NCBI GenBank assembly: GCA_964372545.1
Contig: CAYJSZ010000007.1
Location: 1 to 42,537, forward strand
DNA: 42,537 nucleotides
Reading direction: 5' to 3'
From: an uncultured Ignavibacteriaceae bacterium
Lineage (GTDB): Bacteria; Bacteroidota; Ignavibacteria; UBA10030
This document shows, piece by piece, positions 1 to 9,743 of this stretch (its first letter is position 1; every line of letters starts with the position of its first letter). The position numbers and the translations under genes are program-made. Below the pieces are notes generated by a model. The model saw nothing but the letters and a program-made list of their open reading frames with translations. It made no database searches and was not told the origin of the DNA.

Positions 1-51
1 AGGATGGTAGAAACCGTCACGTTCTTGCTCGATAATGTTGTAGGTCGCCAT
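1..51 (-). CDS. First 17 codons of an unidentified CDS that continues past the left edge
   Basis: ATG at 51-49 (minus) with GGAGG about 7 nt upstream. Frame is open to position 1 (MATYNIIEQERDGFYHP...). Too short for a product call. Confidence 0.35.
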   Translation of the reverse strand, partial: MATYNIIEQERDGFYHP

Positions 52-65
52 TGGTGTTCCTCCAT

Positions 66-1643
66 CTATGGTTGGTTACGATGTTTCACCGACTTCACCA
101 ACATCTGTTTGACAACGATGGTGAACGCTGAGCCGGCAATAAGGATGAATGCAATCGATGCGAATCCGAACAGCTCCCAGAATGGAAAGGACTGACGCAA
201 ACCTTCCAGGAGCAAGCTTGTTTCAAATGTAAAGAAGACCATGTTGAACACGACGGCGAAATTGAGAAGCGACATGAACTCTGGCGCGGTCTCTCGTGAG
301 AATCGTCGTAACCCGAACCACGAAACGATCAGATTCAATAACACCATCGGAACCTCGTACAGGTGCAACGCGAGCTTACACCACAATTGATTTTCGCCCA
401 CGCACAACGACCACTCGGCGCCAAGAAGGGGCGGAACATGTGCGTAGGCGATCCCGTAGATGGCTGCGGCGAGTGTCACGTACGAGTACACCCTCACCCA
501 CCATGTGGATCTCGACCAGTCCGCTAACTCGGCAGGGACCACTTGTGGAGGTTCATTAGCTGGAGCGGTTCGTTGGATTGTGACCCTGTTCTTCCAAAAG
601 AGAGCAAAATCTTGCGTTGAAGGCTCAACACGTCGAGCCGCGTTTCGTTCATGGCGCAGATTGGAGATCGCCCAGTACGCAGCTTTACGGCAACGATTGA
701 TGCCGCCCAGCGGACGATGTTCAGGCAAAGAGCGCCATGGTGTGAACGAGAGGTTGTCGCCAAACTCCATTTTCTGTGCAGTTTCGAATTCCTGGGGAGG
801 GATAACAATCGTGGCAACCTTGATGAACGGTGAGAGTTTTTGACTCCACCGCTTGCCGGCGTCTTCGATCGGCATTTGAGAAGGATCAGTTTGGAACTGC
901 ACCATGAAATCGAAGTGAACAGGCTCCCGCGAGAGATGCTTTTGTAACGCCTCGCGAAGGAAATTATCGGTTGGATGCTGAGGAATGGCGCTGGGAACAT
1001 GGGACCAAGGTTTGACCGAGTATTTGACTGCTTTTGTCCCGAACAGGTACGGAGTCATACTGTAGTACTGAATGTCCAGCGGACTGGTGGCTCGTTTTGC
1101 CGACGTGATGTAATTCCAGAACACGCGCAGGTGCGGCTTGAACGGATTGAACATGAACCAGAACATGTTCAACTTGCCGCGGAAGAACGCTCGAGTGAAT
1201 GTGTACATCTCGGCAACATCCTTGGTAAGAAACACATCGTAACTGATTGTCACAAAATCGTGTGTGGTCGAGTCAGGCTCGTCGTCCAACAGTTTCTTTC
1301 CCTTAACGTTCAAGAGCTTGATCGCCATTCCGCGTACATCCGTTTTGATGTCCGGACTCACAGCCGGGTTTGCATTGGAGAATCGAACGAAGGCATTGTA
1401 CGTCGCAGGCTTCTTGAATACGCCTACGCGCAACTCAGCAGGGAGGTCCGGCTCCACAATGAACTGTGCCGCAACCGTCCCATGCTGCTTCGGATGGGCA
1501 TCCCGGAGAGTCATGCCCGGAGGGTACATCTCCAAAACTTTCTTCTTGAGAATCTCGACCAGGGCTCGAGTGTAGCTATCCTCATCCACCGGCGGATATT
1601 CCTTGGCGAGTTCAAGACCTTGGCTGCCTATTGGTGCGACCAT
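66..1643 (-). CDS. Catalase-related haem protein (small catalase-like, y4iL-like type) fused to a C-terminal four-helix membrane domain
   Basis: 525-aa ORF; ATG preceded by AGGAGA. Catalase-core-like motifs: RDAHPKQHG (distal His region), VRFSN...DVRGMAIK, and RKAAYWAISNLR with R-x3-Y-x6-R spacing as around the catalase proximal Tyr. The last ~150 aa hold four hydrophobic segments. Confidence 0.7.
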   Translation of the reverse strand: MVAPIGSQGLELAKEYPPVDEDSYTRALVEILKKKVLEMYPPGMTLRDAHPKQHGTVAAQFIVEPDLPAELRVGVFKKPATYNAFVRFSNANPAVSPDIKTDVRGMAIKLLNVKGKKLLDDEPDSTTHDFVTISYDVFLTKDVAEMYTFTRAFFRGKLNMFWFMFNPFKPHLRVFWNYITSAKRATSPLDIQYYSMTPYLFGTKAVKYSVKPWSHVPSAIPQHPTDNFLREALQKHLSREPVHFDFMVQFQTDPSQMPIEDAGKRWSQKLSPFIKVATIVIPPQEFETAQKMEFGDNLSFTPWRSLPEHRPLGGINRCRKAAYWAISNLRHERNAARRVEPSTQDFALFWKNRVTIQRTAPANEPPQVVPAELADWSRSTWWVRVYSYVTLAAAIYGIAYAHVPPLLGAEWSLCVGENQLWCKLALHLYEVPMVLLNLIVSWFGLRRFSRETAPEFMSLLNFAVVFNMVFFTFETSLLLEGLRQSFPFWELFGFASIAFILIAGSAFTIVVKQMLVKSVKHRNQP

Positions 1644-1686
1644 GCGATTCTCCTGTTCGTTGTTGTCACTCGAAATGCCAAACTGA

Positions 1687-4600
1687 TTATTGGATCCGTT
1701 CTATTTCTCTCATGTCCAATTCAAGGTTCATGTCTTCGAAGATTTCCTGTGCCATGTTGAAACACTCCTTCGCGTTCAGGCCATTCAGCTCGTGGACCAT
1801 ACTCTCTTTCGACGTGAGTCTCCTCGCTACTTCAACATATGTCCTGGCCAACTCCTGTCTTTTCCACATTTTTGCTCCAACCTCCAACGACTTCTTCCAA
1901 TATTGCACGGCGACGTTCTGCTTGCGGAGCAGCCAGTAGAGGGTTCCTGTGTACCGAAGAGCCTCTGGCCTGAACTCCGCCAGCGTCTTGAACTGCACCA
2001 ATGCCGTCTTTGCGCTCTTCTGTGCGCGTTTGGTCACCTCGCCGATCTTCGCTCTGTCGGCCGATAATCCTTGCTTCGACAACATTTCCTCGAGCACCTC
2101 AACATCGTACTGAAGCCGAGCGATGTGGAGATTCATAGTGAACATCCCTGCAATCCGTCCAAGCTTGGCCAGCAAGTCTTCACCCCATCGTAACGACTCC
2201 TCTGCCCCCGCAAGATCGCGCACTAGAAGTTGCGCCCTTGCCTTTTGGCCTGCAAAGCCGACGTTCCACGCGTCTAGCCCGATCTTTATTGTCGACTCGA
2301 TACACATCGCTAGATAGCGCAACGCCTCTTGTCCATTCCGTTTATTGAGATTGCAGTAGGAGTAAAATGTCCAGGTATAAAGCCGTGCATACTCGTAATC
2401 GTAGGCTTCTCCGACCTCGCGCAATTTCTCGATGAGCTTTTCAGTAAACGCGAAATCACCTCTGCCAACCGCGATATAGAGGTAATAGCTGAGGTAGAAA
2501 ACCGCAGGATAGAACTCACCCAGGTTCAGGTTTTCGCGAAGAAGCTCATCATCGTAATCAAGCTCAATATTCCATCGACCCACATGATAGTAATAGATGT
2601 ATTCAGAATACTTGTACACCATGAATGTCCTCGGGTCATCTTTCGTTGCAAAGGTCTTGGCACGGTCAAGAAGTTTCTTGGCCAGCACGAGAGAAATACC
2701 GCTGAACGTAATCAACGACGACCCCAGCGAATAAATATGACAAGCGTCGGCATTGCGCAGGCTGAAACCGCTTCGCCATCGGATCGTGCCGAGAAGGTCA
2801 AAGAACAGCCGCTGTGGATCGTAGTTTGCCAGCGCATTCGTCCTCTTCAGGCGAAAGGCAAACACGAGCTCTTCCCTTTCGGTCGGCCGTCGCTTCTTTT
2901 TGTCGGACGGACGATAGAGATTTTTCAAGAGAACGATAAAATCCCGAATTCCCCCCAACAGCAAGCTGAGGCGACTTTTCGGAACCTTGTCTCCCATCGC
3001 TTCCAAGGCTCGATCAAAATGCTCCACAGCATCGACCAGAAGGCCTTTGTTGTAGAGCGCCAACCCGATGTTCCGCTCGAACATCGCCACTTTCTCCGGA
3101 TCGGCGGTCTTGTCAGACTTTTGCATGTACAGCTTCATTGCTTCCTGGAAGTAACCGAGCGCCTCGTGTGAAGCAGCCGATTGCAGCGTCGCCTCTCCGG
3201 CTTTGACCAAATATTCCTCTGTCTTCTCCATTTCATCCGCCCGGCTGTAATGCATTGCTAACATGCCGAAGAATTCTTGCAGGCGGTCGGCAAAGACGAC
3301 TTCAATCGCCCGAGCCACCCGAAGGTGGAGCTCTTTGCGCTTCTTCAGTGGAATGGATTCGTACGTAACTTCCTGAACGAGCGCATGGTTGAACAGATAT
3401 TCAAGCTCTTCTGCGCGCCGATGTTCTCGGATGAACTGGACTTCCTTCAGATATTCAAGATGCTCGTCGACATCCCCGATGGCTTTCGAGACTTCCACGA
3501 GAATCTTGTGGAAAAAGCCGCGGCCCATGACCGAGCCGATCTTGAGCAGCGATTTCGTCTCTTCATCCAACTTATCGATGCGCGTCATCAGCACTTGCTG
3601 GATCGAGTCGGGGATCACGACGTTTTCAATCTTTTTCGTGACCTTAAACTGACCATCCTTGATTTCAATAGCGCCCTCATCGATAAAGGTGCGAACAACT
3701 TCCTCGATGAAGAACGGATTGCCTTCCGCCCGGCTCAGGATCGTTTCTTTGATCTTCAGAGGTAAATCACTGACCTTGACCAAATTCTGTATCAGGAGGT
3801 CGCAGTCTCGTTCCTGCAGCGGCTCTAATTGGATCTCCGCGCTCAAATTCGGATAACGCTCACGAATGCTGGTTAACAGTCGATCGCTCGTCTCCTCGTA
3901 GTTTGGCCGCAGGACGTTGATAAAGAGAACGCGATGCTTCTCGGCTAAACGAAACAGCGACTGCATCAACATAATCGACGATTGATCCGCCCAGTGTAAG
4001 TCCTCGATGATGAAGAGAATCGGCCGTCTCTCAGAACCTTTGAGGATCAACTCTCTCATGCTCTTTTGGATCAGCTTCATCATTGCATCGCCGCCAATAT
4101 CTTTCACCCGTTCTGCATGTTTCCCTACAAGCCGCATCCCCATGAGGGTCGCAACGAACGGAAGAATCTCTTCAACCCCATCGGGAATGAGTCGCGCGAT
4201 CGCTTGTTCGAGCTTTCGGTGCGATTGTTCCTCCGTGTCCTCTTCCTCAATCCCTGCCCAGCTTTTCAGGATTCCGATGATGGGGTGGAAACTCAGGTTC
4301 CGGCCGTGCGAGACTGCTCTCCCTTCTAACAGAAGAACTCGCCCGAGTACTTCTTTTTTTCTTAACTCGGCAATCAAGCGAGACTTGCCAAGACCCGGCT
4401 CGCCGATCACATTGACAATCGATCCTTCGCCGTTGATAGCCTTCAGCACATGCAATTCCAATTTGTTGAATTCATTCTCCCGTCCTACCATTTCTGAAAA
4501 CACCATTCTCTCAATGCCCAACCGAATCCGTTCCGTCTTCTGTTTCACACCTCCGAGCTCATAGGAGGGCACTGACTCCTTGCCAACCTTGAAGGGGATG

Positions 4601-5988
4601 GATCTTCCTTTGGTGTAGTCGAAGTCCTCTTTGGTTTGTTTCTGGGTCAATGGCCCAACCACGACCTGCCCCTTTTCGACGATCTCAACCAGCTTCGATG
4701 CAAGCTCCATGGGATCACCGATAACGGTATAGTCTTTCTTCTCATCCGGTCCGACACTTCCGGCAATGACAAGGCCCGTATCAATGGCGATAGAGGGATT
4801 GAGATGTCTGAGCAGATTTTCTTCTTGGGCAAGCCGTTGAAGCTCGGCGCGAATTTCGACCGCAGCATGTACTGCCTTGTGTGCGGCATTCTCAATCGCT
4901 TCGGGAAGACCAAACAGAACAACAAAATTGCCTCCTGAAACTTTGTGGACCGTCCCTTCATACTTCCGTGCAAGGCGTTCGATGACTGTACGACACTGTT
5001 CCATCACGGAGGCTACTTCCTCCGCGTCGAGCGTTGCAACGATCTCGGAATAGCCCGGAATGACGGCAACCATGATCGTCGCAGGCTTCCGCTCCGTTTC
5101 TTTTCGTGATTCTGTTTTTCTCCTGCGTTCGAGCGCTGCCACGGGCGTACCGGCGTCGAGCGCCTTCATCACGTTCTGGAGATCGACGACAAGGTGTCGG
5201 GCAGATGGATAGCGGTGTTGCCATTCTTTTCTCAAACATTTCAGCGTGATGCGTTCTAACTCTTCAGGAATCTCCTCACGGAGATCTCTTGGCGGAGGGG
5301 GGGACTCATTGAGGAGAGAGTAGACGATGGCAGCCTCGTACTCGTGATAAAACGGCAGCCGCCCGGTGAGGATTTCGTACAGCAAAACCCCGAGCGACCA
5401 GATGTCCGTTGGAGAGTCAACACTTTCGCCGCGCGCCTGTTCGGGGGACATGTAGACTAGCGTTCCCCTCGTTGTTCCCGTCCGGCTTTTCCTCAATGAC
5501 CCCTTGAGCTTTGCCAAGCCGAAATCCATGACTTTGACCATCTCTTTGCTGTTGACCATGGTGTTTTCGGCTTTGATGTCACGGTGAACAATGCCTTTGC
5601 TGTGCGCTTCGTGGAGCGCCTCTCCGACTTGGATGGTGTACTTCAGCGCATTAATGATCGTTAATGGACCCGCTTCTAATTTATCCCGCAGCGTTGTTCC
5701 ATCGACATACTCCATGGCAATGAAGGTCGTCTTTTCCGCGGCGTCTGGGTCGTCGTATTCTTCGATGGCGTAGATGGTGCACACATTCGGATGGTTCAGC
5801 GTAGCTGCGACTTTTGCTTCCTGCAAAAAGCGCGCTTTATCCTCCTCGCTTGCCACGACATCAGAGGGCAAGAACTTGAGCGCGACGGTGCGGTCGAGTT
5901 TGGTGTCCTGGGCTTTGTAGACAACGCCCATCCCACCCTCACCTAACTTTTCGAGGATATGGTAATGCGATATGGTTTGGCCGATCAT
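1687..5988 (-). CDS. Multidomain Ser/Thr protein kinase, degenerate class III cyclase-like domain, STAND/AAA_16 P-loop NTPase and TPR-like repeats
   Basis: 1433-aa ORF; ATG with GGAGG upstream. Kinase motifs GEGGMGVVYKA, VALKFL, HRDIKAEN, DFGLAK, YMSPEQ. Cyclase-like block ATIMVAVIPGYS...SGGNFVVLFG...YTVIGDPMELASKL. Walker A GEPGLGKS and Walker B LFIIEDLHWAD. The C-terminal ~700 aa are helical-repeat-like. Confidence 0.9.
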   Translation of the reverse strand: MIGQTISHYHILEKLGEGGMGVVYKAQDTKLDRTVALKFLPSDVVASEEDKARFLQEAKVAATLNHPNVCTIYAIEEYDDPDAAEKTTFIAMEYVDGTTLRDKLEAGPLTIINALKYTIQVGEALHEAHSKGIVHRDIKAENTMVNSKEMVKVMDFGLAKLKGSLRKSRTGTTRGTLVYMSPEQARGESVDSPTDIWSLGVLLYEILTGRLPFYHEYEAAIVYSLLNESPPPPRDLREEIPEELERITLKCLRKEWQHRYPSARHLVVDLQNVMKALDAGTPVAALERRRKTESRKETERKPATIMVAVIPGYSEIVATLDAEEVASVMEQCRTVIERLARKYEGTVHKVSGGNFVVLFGLPEAIENAAHKAVHAAVEIRAELQRLAQEENLLRHLNPSIAIDTGLVIAGSVGPDEKKDYTVIGDPMELASKLVEIVEKGQVVVGPLTQKQTKEDFDYTKGRSIPFKVGKESVPSYELGGVKQKTERIRLGIERMVFSEMVGRENEFNKLELHVLKAINGEGSIVNVIGEPGLGKSRLIAELRKKEVLGRVLLLEGRAVSHGRNLSFHPIIGILKSWAGIEEEDTEEQSHRKLEQAIARLIPDGVEEILPFVATLMGMRLVGKHAERVKDIGGDAMMKLIQKSMRELILKGSERRPILFIIEDLHWADQSSIMLMQSLFRLAEKHRVLFINVLRPNYEETSDRLLTSIRERYPNLSAEIQLEPLQERDCDLLIQNLVKVSDLPLKIKETILSRAEGNPFFIEEVVRTFIDEGAIEIKDGQFKVTKKIENVVIPDSIQQVLMTRIDKLDEETKSLLKIGSVMGRGFFHKILVEVSKAIGDVDEHLEYLKEVQFIREHRRAEELEYLFNHALVQEVTYESIPLKKRKELHLRVARAIEVVFADRLQEFFGMLAMHYSRADEMEKTEEYLVKAGEATLQSAASHEALGYFQEAMKLYMQKSDKTADPEKVAMFERNIGLALYNKGLLVDAVEHFDRALEAMGDKVPKSRLSLLLGGIRDFIVLLKNLYRPSDKKKRRPTEREELVFAFRLKRTNALANYDPQRLFFDLLGTIRWRSGFSLRNADACHIYSLGSSLITFSGISLVLAKKLLDRAKTFATKDDPRTFMVYKYSEYIYYYHVGRWNIELDYDDELLRENLNLGEFYPAVFYLSYYLYIAVGRGDFAFTEKLIEKLREVGEAYDYEYARLYTWTFYSYCNLNKRNGQEALRYLAMCIESTIKIGLDAWNVGFAGQKARAQLLVRDLAGAEESLRWGEDLLAKLGRIAGMFTMNLHIARLQYDVEVLEEMLSKQGLSADRAKIGEVTKRAQKSAKTALVQFKTLAEFRPEALRYTGTLYWLLRKQNVAVQYWKKSLEVGAKMWKRQELARTYVEVARRLTSKESMVHELNGLNAKECFNMAQEIFEDMNLELDMREIERIQ

Positions 5989-6080
5989 TCTCTCCTCCTA
6001 AGAGCTTTAATGACAGCCACAGAATGCGAATGAGATATGAAAATCTGAACGCTTAGGTGTGTCTCAAGTTTTGCTTGATG

Positions 6081-7382
6081 CTATTGAACTCTCTTGACGA
6101 CAACGACGGTCATATCATCCGACTGCGGTGTGTTGCCCGCGTGCGATGTGACCGCCTTCGTGAGACTGTCGAGCAAGACGTCCGGGCGTTCGTGCTGATG
6201 TTCCCGTAACACTTCAGCGACTCGCTGTTCTGTGAACTGCTCTTCTTCAGCATTCATCGCCTCCGTGATTCCATCGGAGTACATCACGACGACATCACCG
6301 GGATTCAAAGTTGTTTCGCCTTCATCGTACAAAAAGTCGCCCATCATCGCCAGCGGGATACCTCCTTCCTGAAGACGAAGCGGTTCTTTTCCATCTCGTA
6401 AGACGAAGGGATGGTCCTGGCCGGCGTTCGAATACAGAAGAACGTGGCGTTGGGCGTCGAGGATTCCGTAGAAGAGCGTTGCAAATTTTTCCGGGCTCGT
6501 GCTCTGGAACAGAAGTCGATTGGAACGGGAGAGACATTCTTTCGGTGAGACATTCAGCAGCGTTTGACCGCGCAGCGTGGCCTGTAAGTTTGCCATCAGA
6601 AGTGAGGCGGGGAGACCTTTGCCGGATACATCGCCAAGGCAGATCGCGATGCGATGGTCGTCCACAGGAATAAAATCAAAGTAGTCGCCGCCGACAGTTT
6701 GGGCGGGTATGGTGCGGCCAACGATTTCATACCCCGGCACGTGGGGAGATTCTTTGGGAAGGAGTTCCATCTGAATCATCGATGCAAGGCGGACCTCTTC
6801 CTGCATCCGGATGAACGCCTGCTCTTTTTCGTAGAGCCGGGCGTTCTCCACCACCTGCGCTGACTGCGTCGCGATGATGGCAAGAAGGCGCTGGTCGTCG
6901 TCGGTGAATTTCGCACTGCCCTTCTTATTATAGACAGCCAGCACACCGCGAAGCTCGGATTTCACCATCATCGGCACGGCGATGAGCGAATGGATCGATT
7001 CATCCCACTCAATACCGCGGAAGCGCTCGTCGTTTTTCGGCTCACTCGTCACGAGCGGCTTTTTATTCAGGTGCATCCAGCCCAACAGTGCCTGGTGGAA
7101 ATGAAATTGCTCCTGTTCGCTGGAGCTGACCATCGTGCGCACGAGCGTCTTCATCGTTCCGCTCGCCTGCTCATCCACCAGCGTGATGACACCCTGATCT
7201 GCGTTCATTGCGCGGAGCGAACGGCGCACGATCGTCTGGATGATCTCCTGCGTGTTGAGGGAGGCTCCGATGGCACGGGCGAGGTCGTTGAGAATGGAAA
7301 GCTCTTCAACTGCCCTCTTCAGCCTTTGATTCTCTTCCTGCAGGATTTTGAGCAGTGTGTCCTGTGCTGACTGAGAGGACAT
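6081..7382 (-). CDS. GAF-sensor PP2C-type (SpoIIE/RsbU-like) serine phosphatase
   Basis: The track ORF runs to 7577, but the internal ATG at 7382 has AGGAG upstream and begins a coiled-coil plus GAF region. Phosphatase motifs GGDYFDF, GDVSGKGLPASLLMA, MYSDGITEA, DDMTVVVV. Confidence 0.85.
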   Translation of the reverse strand: MSSQSAQDTLLKILQEENQRLKRAVEELSILNDLARAIGASLNTQEIIQTIVRRSLRAMNADQGVITLVDEQASGTMKTLVRTMVSSSEQEQFHFHQALLGWMHLNKKPLVTSEPKNDERFRGIEWDESIHSLIAVPMMVKSELRGVLAVYNKKGSAKFTDDDQRLLAIIATQSAQVVENARLYEKEQAFIRMQEEVRLASMIQMELLPKESPHVPGYEIVGRTIPAQTVGGDYFDFIPVDDHRIAICLGDVSGKGLPASLLMANLQATLRGQTLLNVSPKECLSRSNRLLFQSTSPEKFATLFYGILDAQRHVLLYSNAGQDHPFVLRDGKEPLRLQEGGIPLAMMGDFLYDEGETTLNPGDVVVMYSDGITEAMNAEEEQFTEQRVAEVLREHQHERPDVLLDSLTKAVTSHAGNTPQSDDMTVVVVKRVQ

Positions 7383-7548
7383 CGATCTCCTTCTACGTTG
7401 TATGGAGGGGAGGTAAGTGGGAGGACTTACCAATGAGAACGAACAAAAAGTAGTAAAAGCGGGCGGGAAATGCAACGGAATTGACCAGTAATCCGTCGGA
7501 AAGGTGGATATATATTTCTTCCGGCCGGCTCGGAAACCGCACAACAGA

Positions 7549-7573
7549 GAAGGCGGCTTGCTCAGCCGCCTTC
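7549..7573 (-). terminator. Candidate intrinsic terminator downstream of the OPT gene
   Basis: 9-bp GC-rich stem GAAGGCGGC / GCCGCCTTC with a 7-nt loop, about 30 nt after the OPT stop. Followed on the minus strand by the weak U-tract TCTGTTGT. Confidence 0.45.
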
Positions 7574-7601
7574 CCAAAGGAAAAATCCGCTTAGAGGTAA
7601 T

Positions 7602-9743
7602 CTATTGCTGTTTCATTTGAATGGGCTTTTTGGCGTAGTAATACAGCGAGCCTGCAAGGAGAAGGAACATAGCGACCGAGAAGAGAGGCTGCTCGCTCAA
7701 CCACGGGAAAATCGTTGGGCCGAGCAAGAAGGAGCCGCGGCTGATCCACCCCGCTTCTTCCATCAACGCAATGCCGATTGCGGCAAGGCCGAAGATTGCG
7801 CCGCCAGCGATCAAGCCGCTGGCGTACAGGGCACCGGAGCTTACTTCGCCTTCACCGTGGCTTGCCTCTTTCTTTCCTTCCGCCAGCCATCGCACAATGC
7901 CACCGGAGAATATCGCCAAAGTCGTGGCAATGGACAGATAGGAACCGACCGCAAACGCAAGCGATCGAACGCCTAACAATTCGACCACAACGACGAGAAA
8001 AACTCCAAGCAAAACCAACCCCCAAGGCAACTGTTGGTTCAAAATTCCGTTAATCACCGTAGCCATTAACCGAGCTTGCGGCGCTGCTGCCCGTTCACTG
8101 CCGATGCCTTGAATCCACTGCACCTCAATAACTTTGGTCTCGGGATTGTACAGATACTTCCCGTCTGCAACCGTGCGAGAGCCGATGGCATTAATGAGAT
8201 AATACATGTTCCCTTGATGCTCGAAGTCCCGCGATTCCACCTGAACGCCCTGTGGCGGGTTGTCGATGTCGAAGGCCATTTGCATCGATTTGTATTCCGC
8301 CAATCCTTTGTTCATCATGATTAACGTCAAGCCGATAACGAAGACCGACACCATAACTCCGATCATGAGGCCAACCTGCTGCTTCCACGGCGTCGCTCCG
8401 ACCAGAAATCCCGTCTTCAAGTCCTGCGATGTTGCGCCTGCATTCGCCGCAGCGACACAAACCACACCGCCGATCGTGATGGCAAGAGCGCTGTACGCCC
8501 CGCCCGTCCAGCCGGCCGCGAGGAACAGCGCACAGGTCGCCATCAGCGTTGCGATTGTCATACCGGAGACCGGGTTGGCGGAACTTCCGATGAGCCCGAC
8601 AATCCGGGAGGACACGGTGACAAACAGGAAACCGAAGATCACGACCAGAAGTGCGGATAAGAGATTGGAGAGACCGCCAGTCTCTGCATTGGGAATCGGC
8701 ATGAACGTGAGGAGTGCCCAGATAAAGACAACAAGGACGGTCGAGCCGATCATCACGATATTCATGGGGAGGTCGTTCTCGGTGCGCGAGGCGGTTCGAG
8801 CCGTTGCATTGCGTTCCGCAGAAAGATCTTTAACGCCGGCTCGCAATGCTTCAACGATCGTCGGTAAGGTTCTGCCGAGTGTAATCAAGCCCGCTGCCGC
8901 AACAGCGCCGGCACCCATCGGCCGGATGTAGCTCGCCCAGATCTGATTCGGTTCCATGAGAGCAATCGGCACTGTTCCCGGGTAGAGGGGTTCTTTCAAC
9001 ATCCCGCCGAAAAACTTGATGGCGGGAATCATCAAGAGCCAGGAAAACACACCGCCGGCAAAAATCGTCCCGGCAACTTTCGGTCCGATAATATAACCGA
9101 CGCCGAGGTATTCCGGTGTCACTTCCGCTTTGACCGACGCGCCGTCGAACCAGCTCGGGCGGTACTCCGGTGTCCGAGGCCAGAATCCCATCGCATGCAT
9201 CAAGAATGCATAGACACCTCCTAAACCCAGTCCCATGAAGACGCGTCCGGCAAACGATCCGCCCTTCTCTCCTGCAACTAAGACATCCGCGCACGCAGTG
9301 CCTTCCGGATATGCGAGATTGCCATGTTCTTTGACGATCAATTGGCGACGCAGAGGAATCATGAAGAGAACGCCGAGCCATCCGCCGATCATCGCGAGAA
9401 TAAAAATTCGTGTGTATTCTAGTGGAAAGCCGAGAAAAATGAGCGCAGGCAGCGTGAAGATGACTCCCGCCGCTACGGACTCGCCCGCCGAGCCGGTCGT
9501 CTGGACGATATTATTTTCGAGGATCGTGCCGCGACCAAACAGGCGGAGTAAACTGATGGACAACACGGCGATCGGGATTGAGGCGGACACCGTGAGCCCC
9601 GCCCGCAATCCGAGATAGACCGTGACCGCGCCGAAGAGAATGCCGAACAACGAGCCAAGGATGATCGCCTTGACCGAGAATTCCTTGACCTCTTGCGATG
9701 CGGGGATGAACGGTTCAAACTTCATCGGAGTTGGTTCAGCCAT
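7602..9743 (-). CDS. OPT-family oligopeptide transporter
   Basis: 713-aa polytopic ORF; ATG with GGAGG upstream. N-terminus FEPFIPASQEVKEFSVKAIILGSLFGILFGAVTVYLGLRAGLTVSASIP is typical of bacterial OPT transporters. Confidence 0.9.
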   Translation of the reverse strand: MAEPTPMKFEPFIPASQEVKEFSVKAIILGSLFGILFGAVTVYLGLRAGLTVSASIPIAVLSISLLRLFGRGTILENNIVQTTGSAGESVAAGVIFTLPALIFLGFPLEYTRIFILAMIGGWLGVLFMIPLRRQLIVKEHGNLAYPEGTACADVLVAGEKGGSFAGRVFMGLGLGGVYAFLMHAMGFWPRTPEYRPSWFDGASVKAEVTPEYLGVGYIIGPKVAGTIFAGGVFSWLLMIPAIKFFGGMLKEPLYPGTVPIALMEPNQIWASYIRPMGAGAVAAAGLITLGRTLPTIVEALRAGVKDLSAERNATARTASRTENDLPMNIVMIGSTVLVVFIWALLTFMPIPNAETGGLSNLLSALLVVIFGFLFVTVSSRIVGLIGSSANPVSGMTIATLMATCALFLAAGWTGGAYSALAITIGGVVCVAAANAGATSQDLKTGFLVGATPWKQQVGLMIGVMVSVFVIGLTLIMMNKGLAEYKSMQMAFDIDNPPQGVQVESRDFEHQGNMYYLINAIGSRTVADGKYLYNPETKVIEVQWIQGIGSERAAAPQARLMATVINGILNQQLPWGLVLLGVFLVVVVELLGVRSLAFAVGSYLSIATTLAIFSGGIVRWLAEGKKEASHGEGEVSSGALYASGLIAGGAIFGLAAIGIALMEEAGWISRGSFLLGPTIFPWLSEQPLFSVAMFLLLAGSLYYYAKKPIQMKQQ

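Noticed and set aside
975-1760. 261-aa plus-strand ORF, with similar antisense ORFs at 2329-3171, 24241-25125 and 15819-16484 and an alternative-frame ORF at 18383-19156
   Set aside because: All are antisense to, or out of frame with, CDS that have clear family motifs. Their composition is Arg/His/Cys-rich and they lack RBS support. Treated as shadow ORFs.
7383-7577. N-terminal 65-aa extension of the GAF-PP2C ORF
   Set aside because: The extension (MGRRLSKPPSLLCGF...) is not protein-like and overlaps the terminator hairpin of the upstream gene. The internal ATG at 7382 has an AGGAG RBS.
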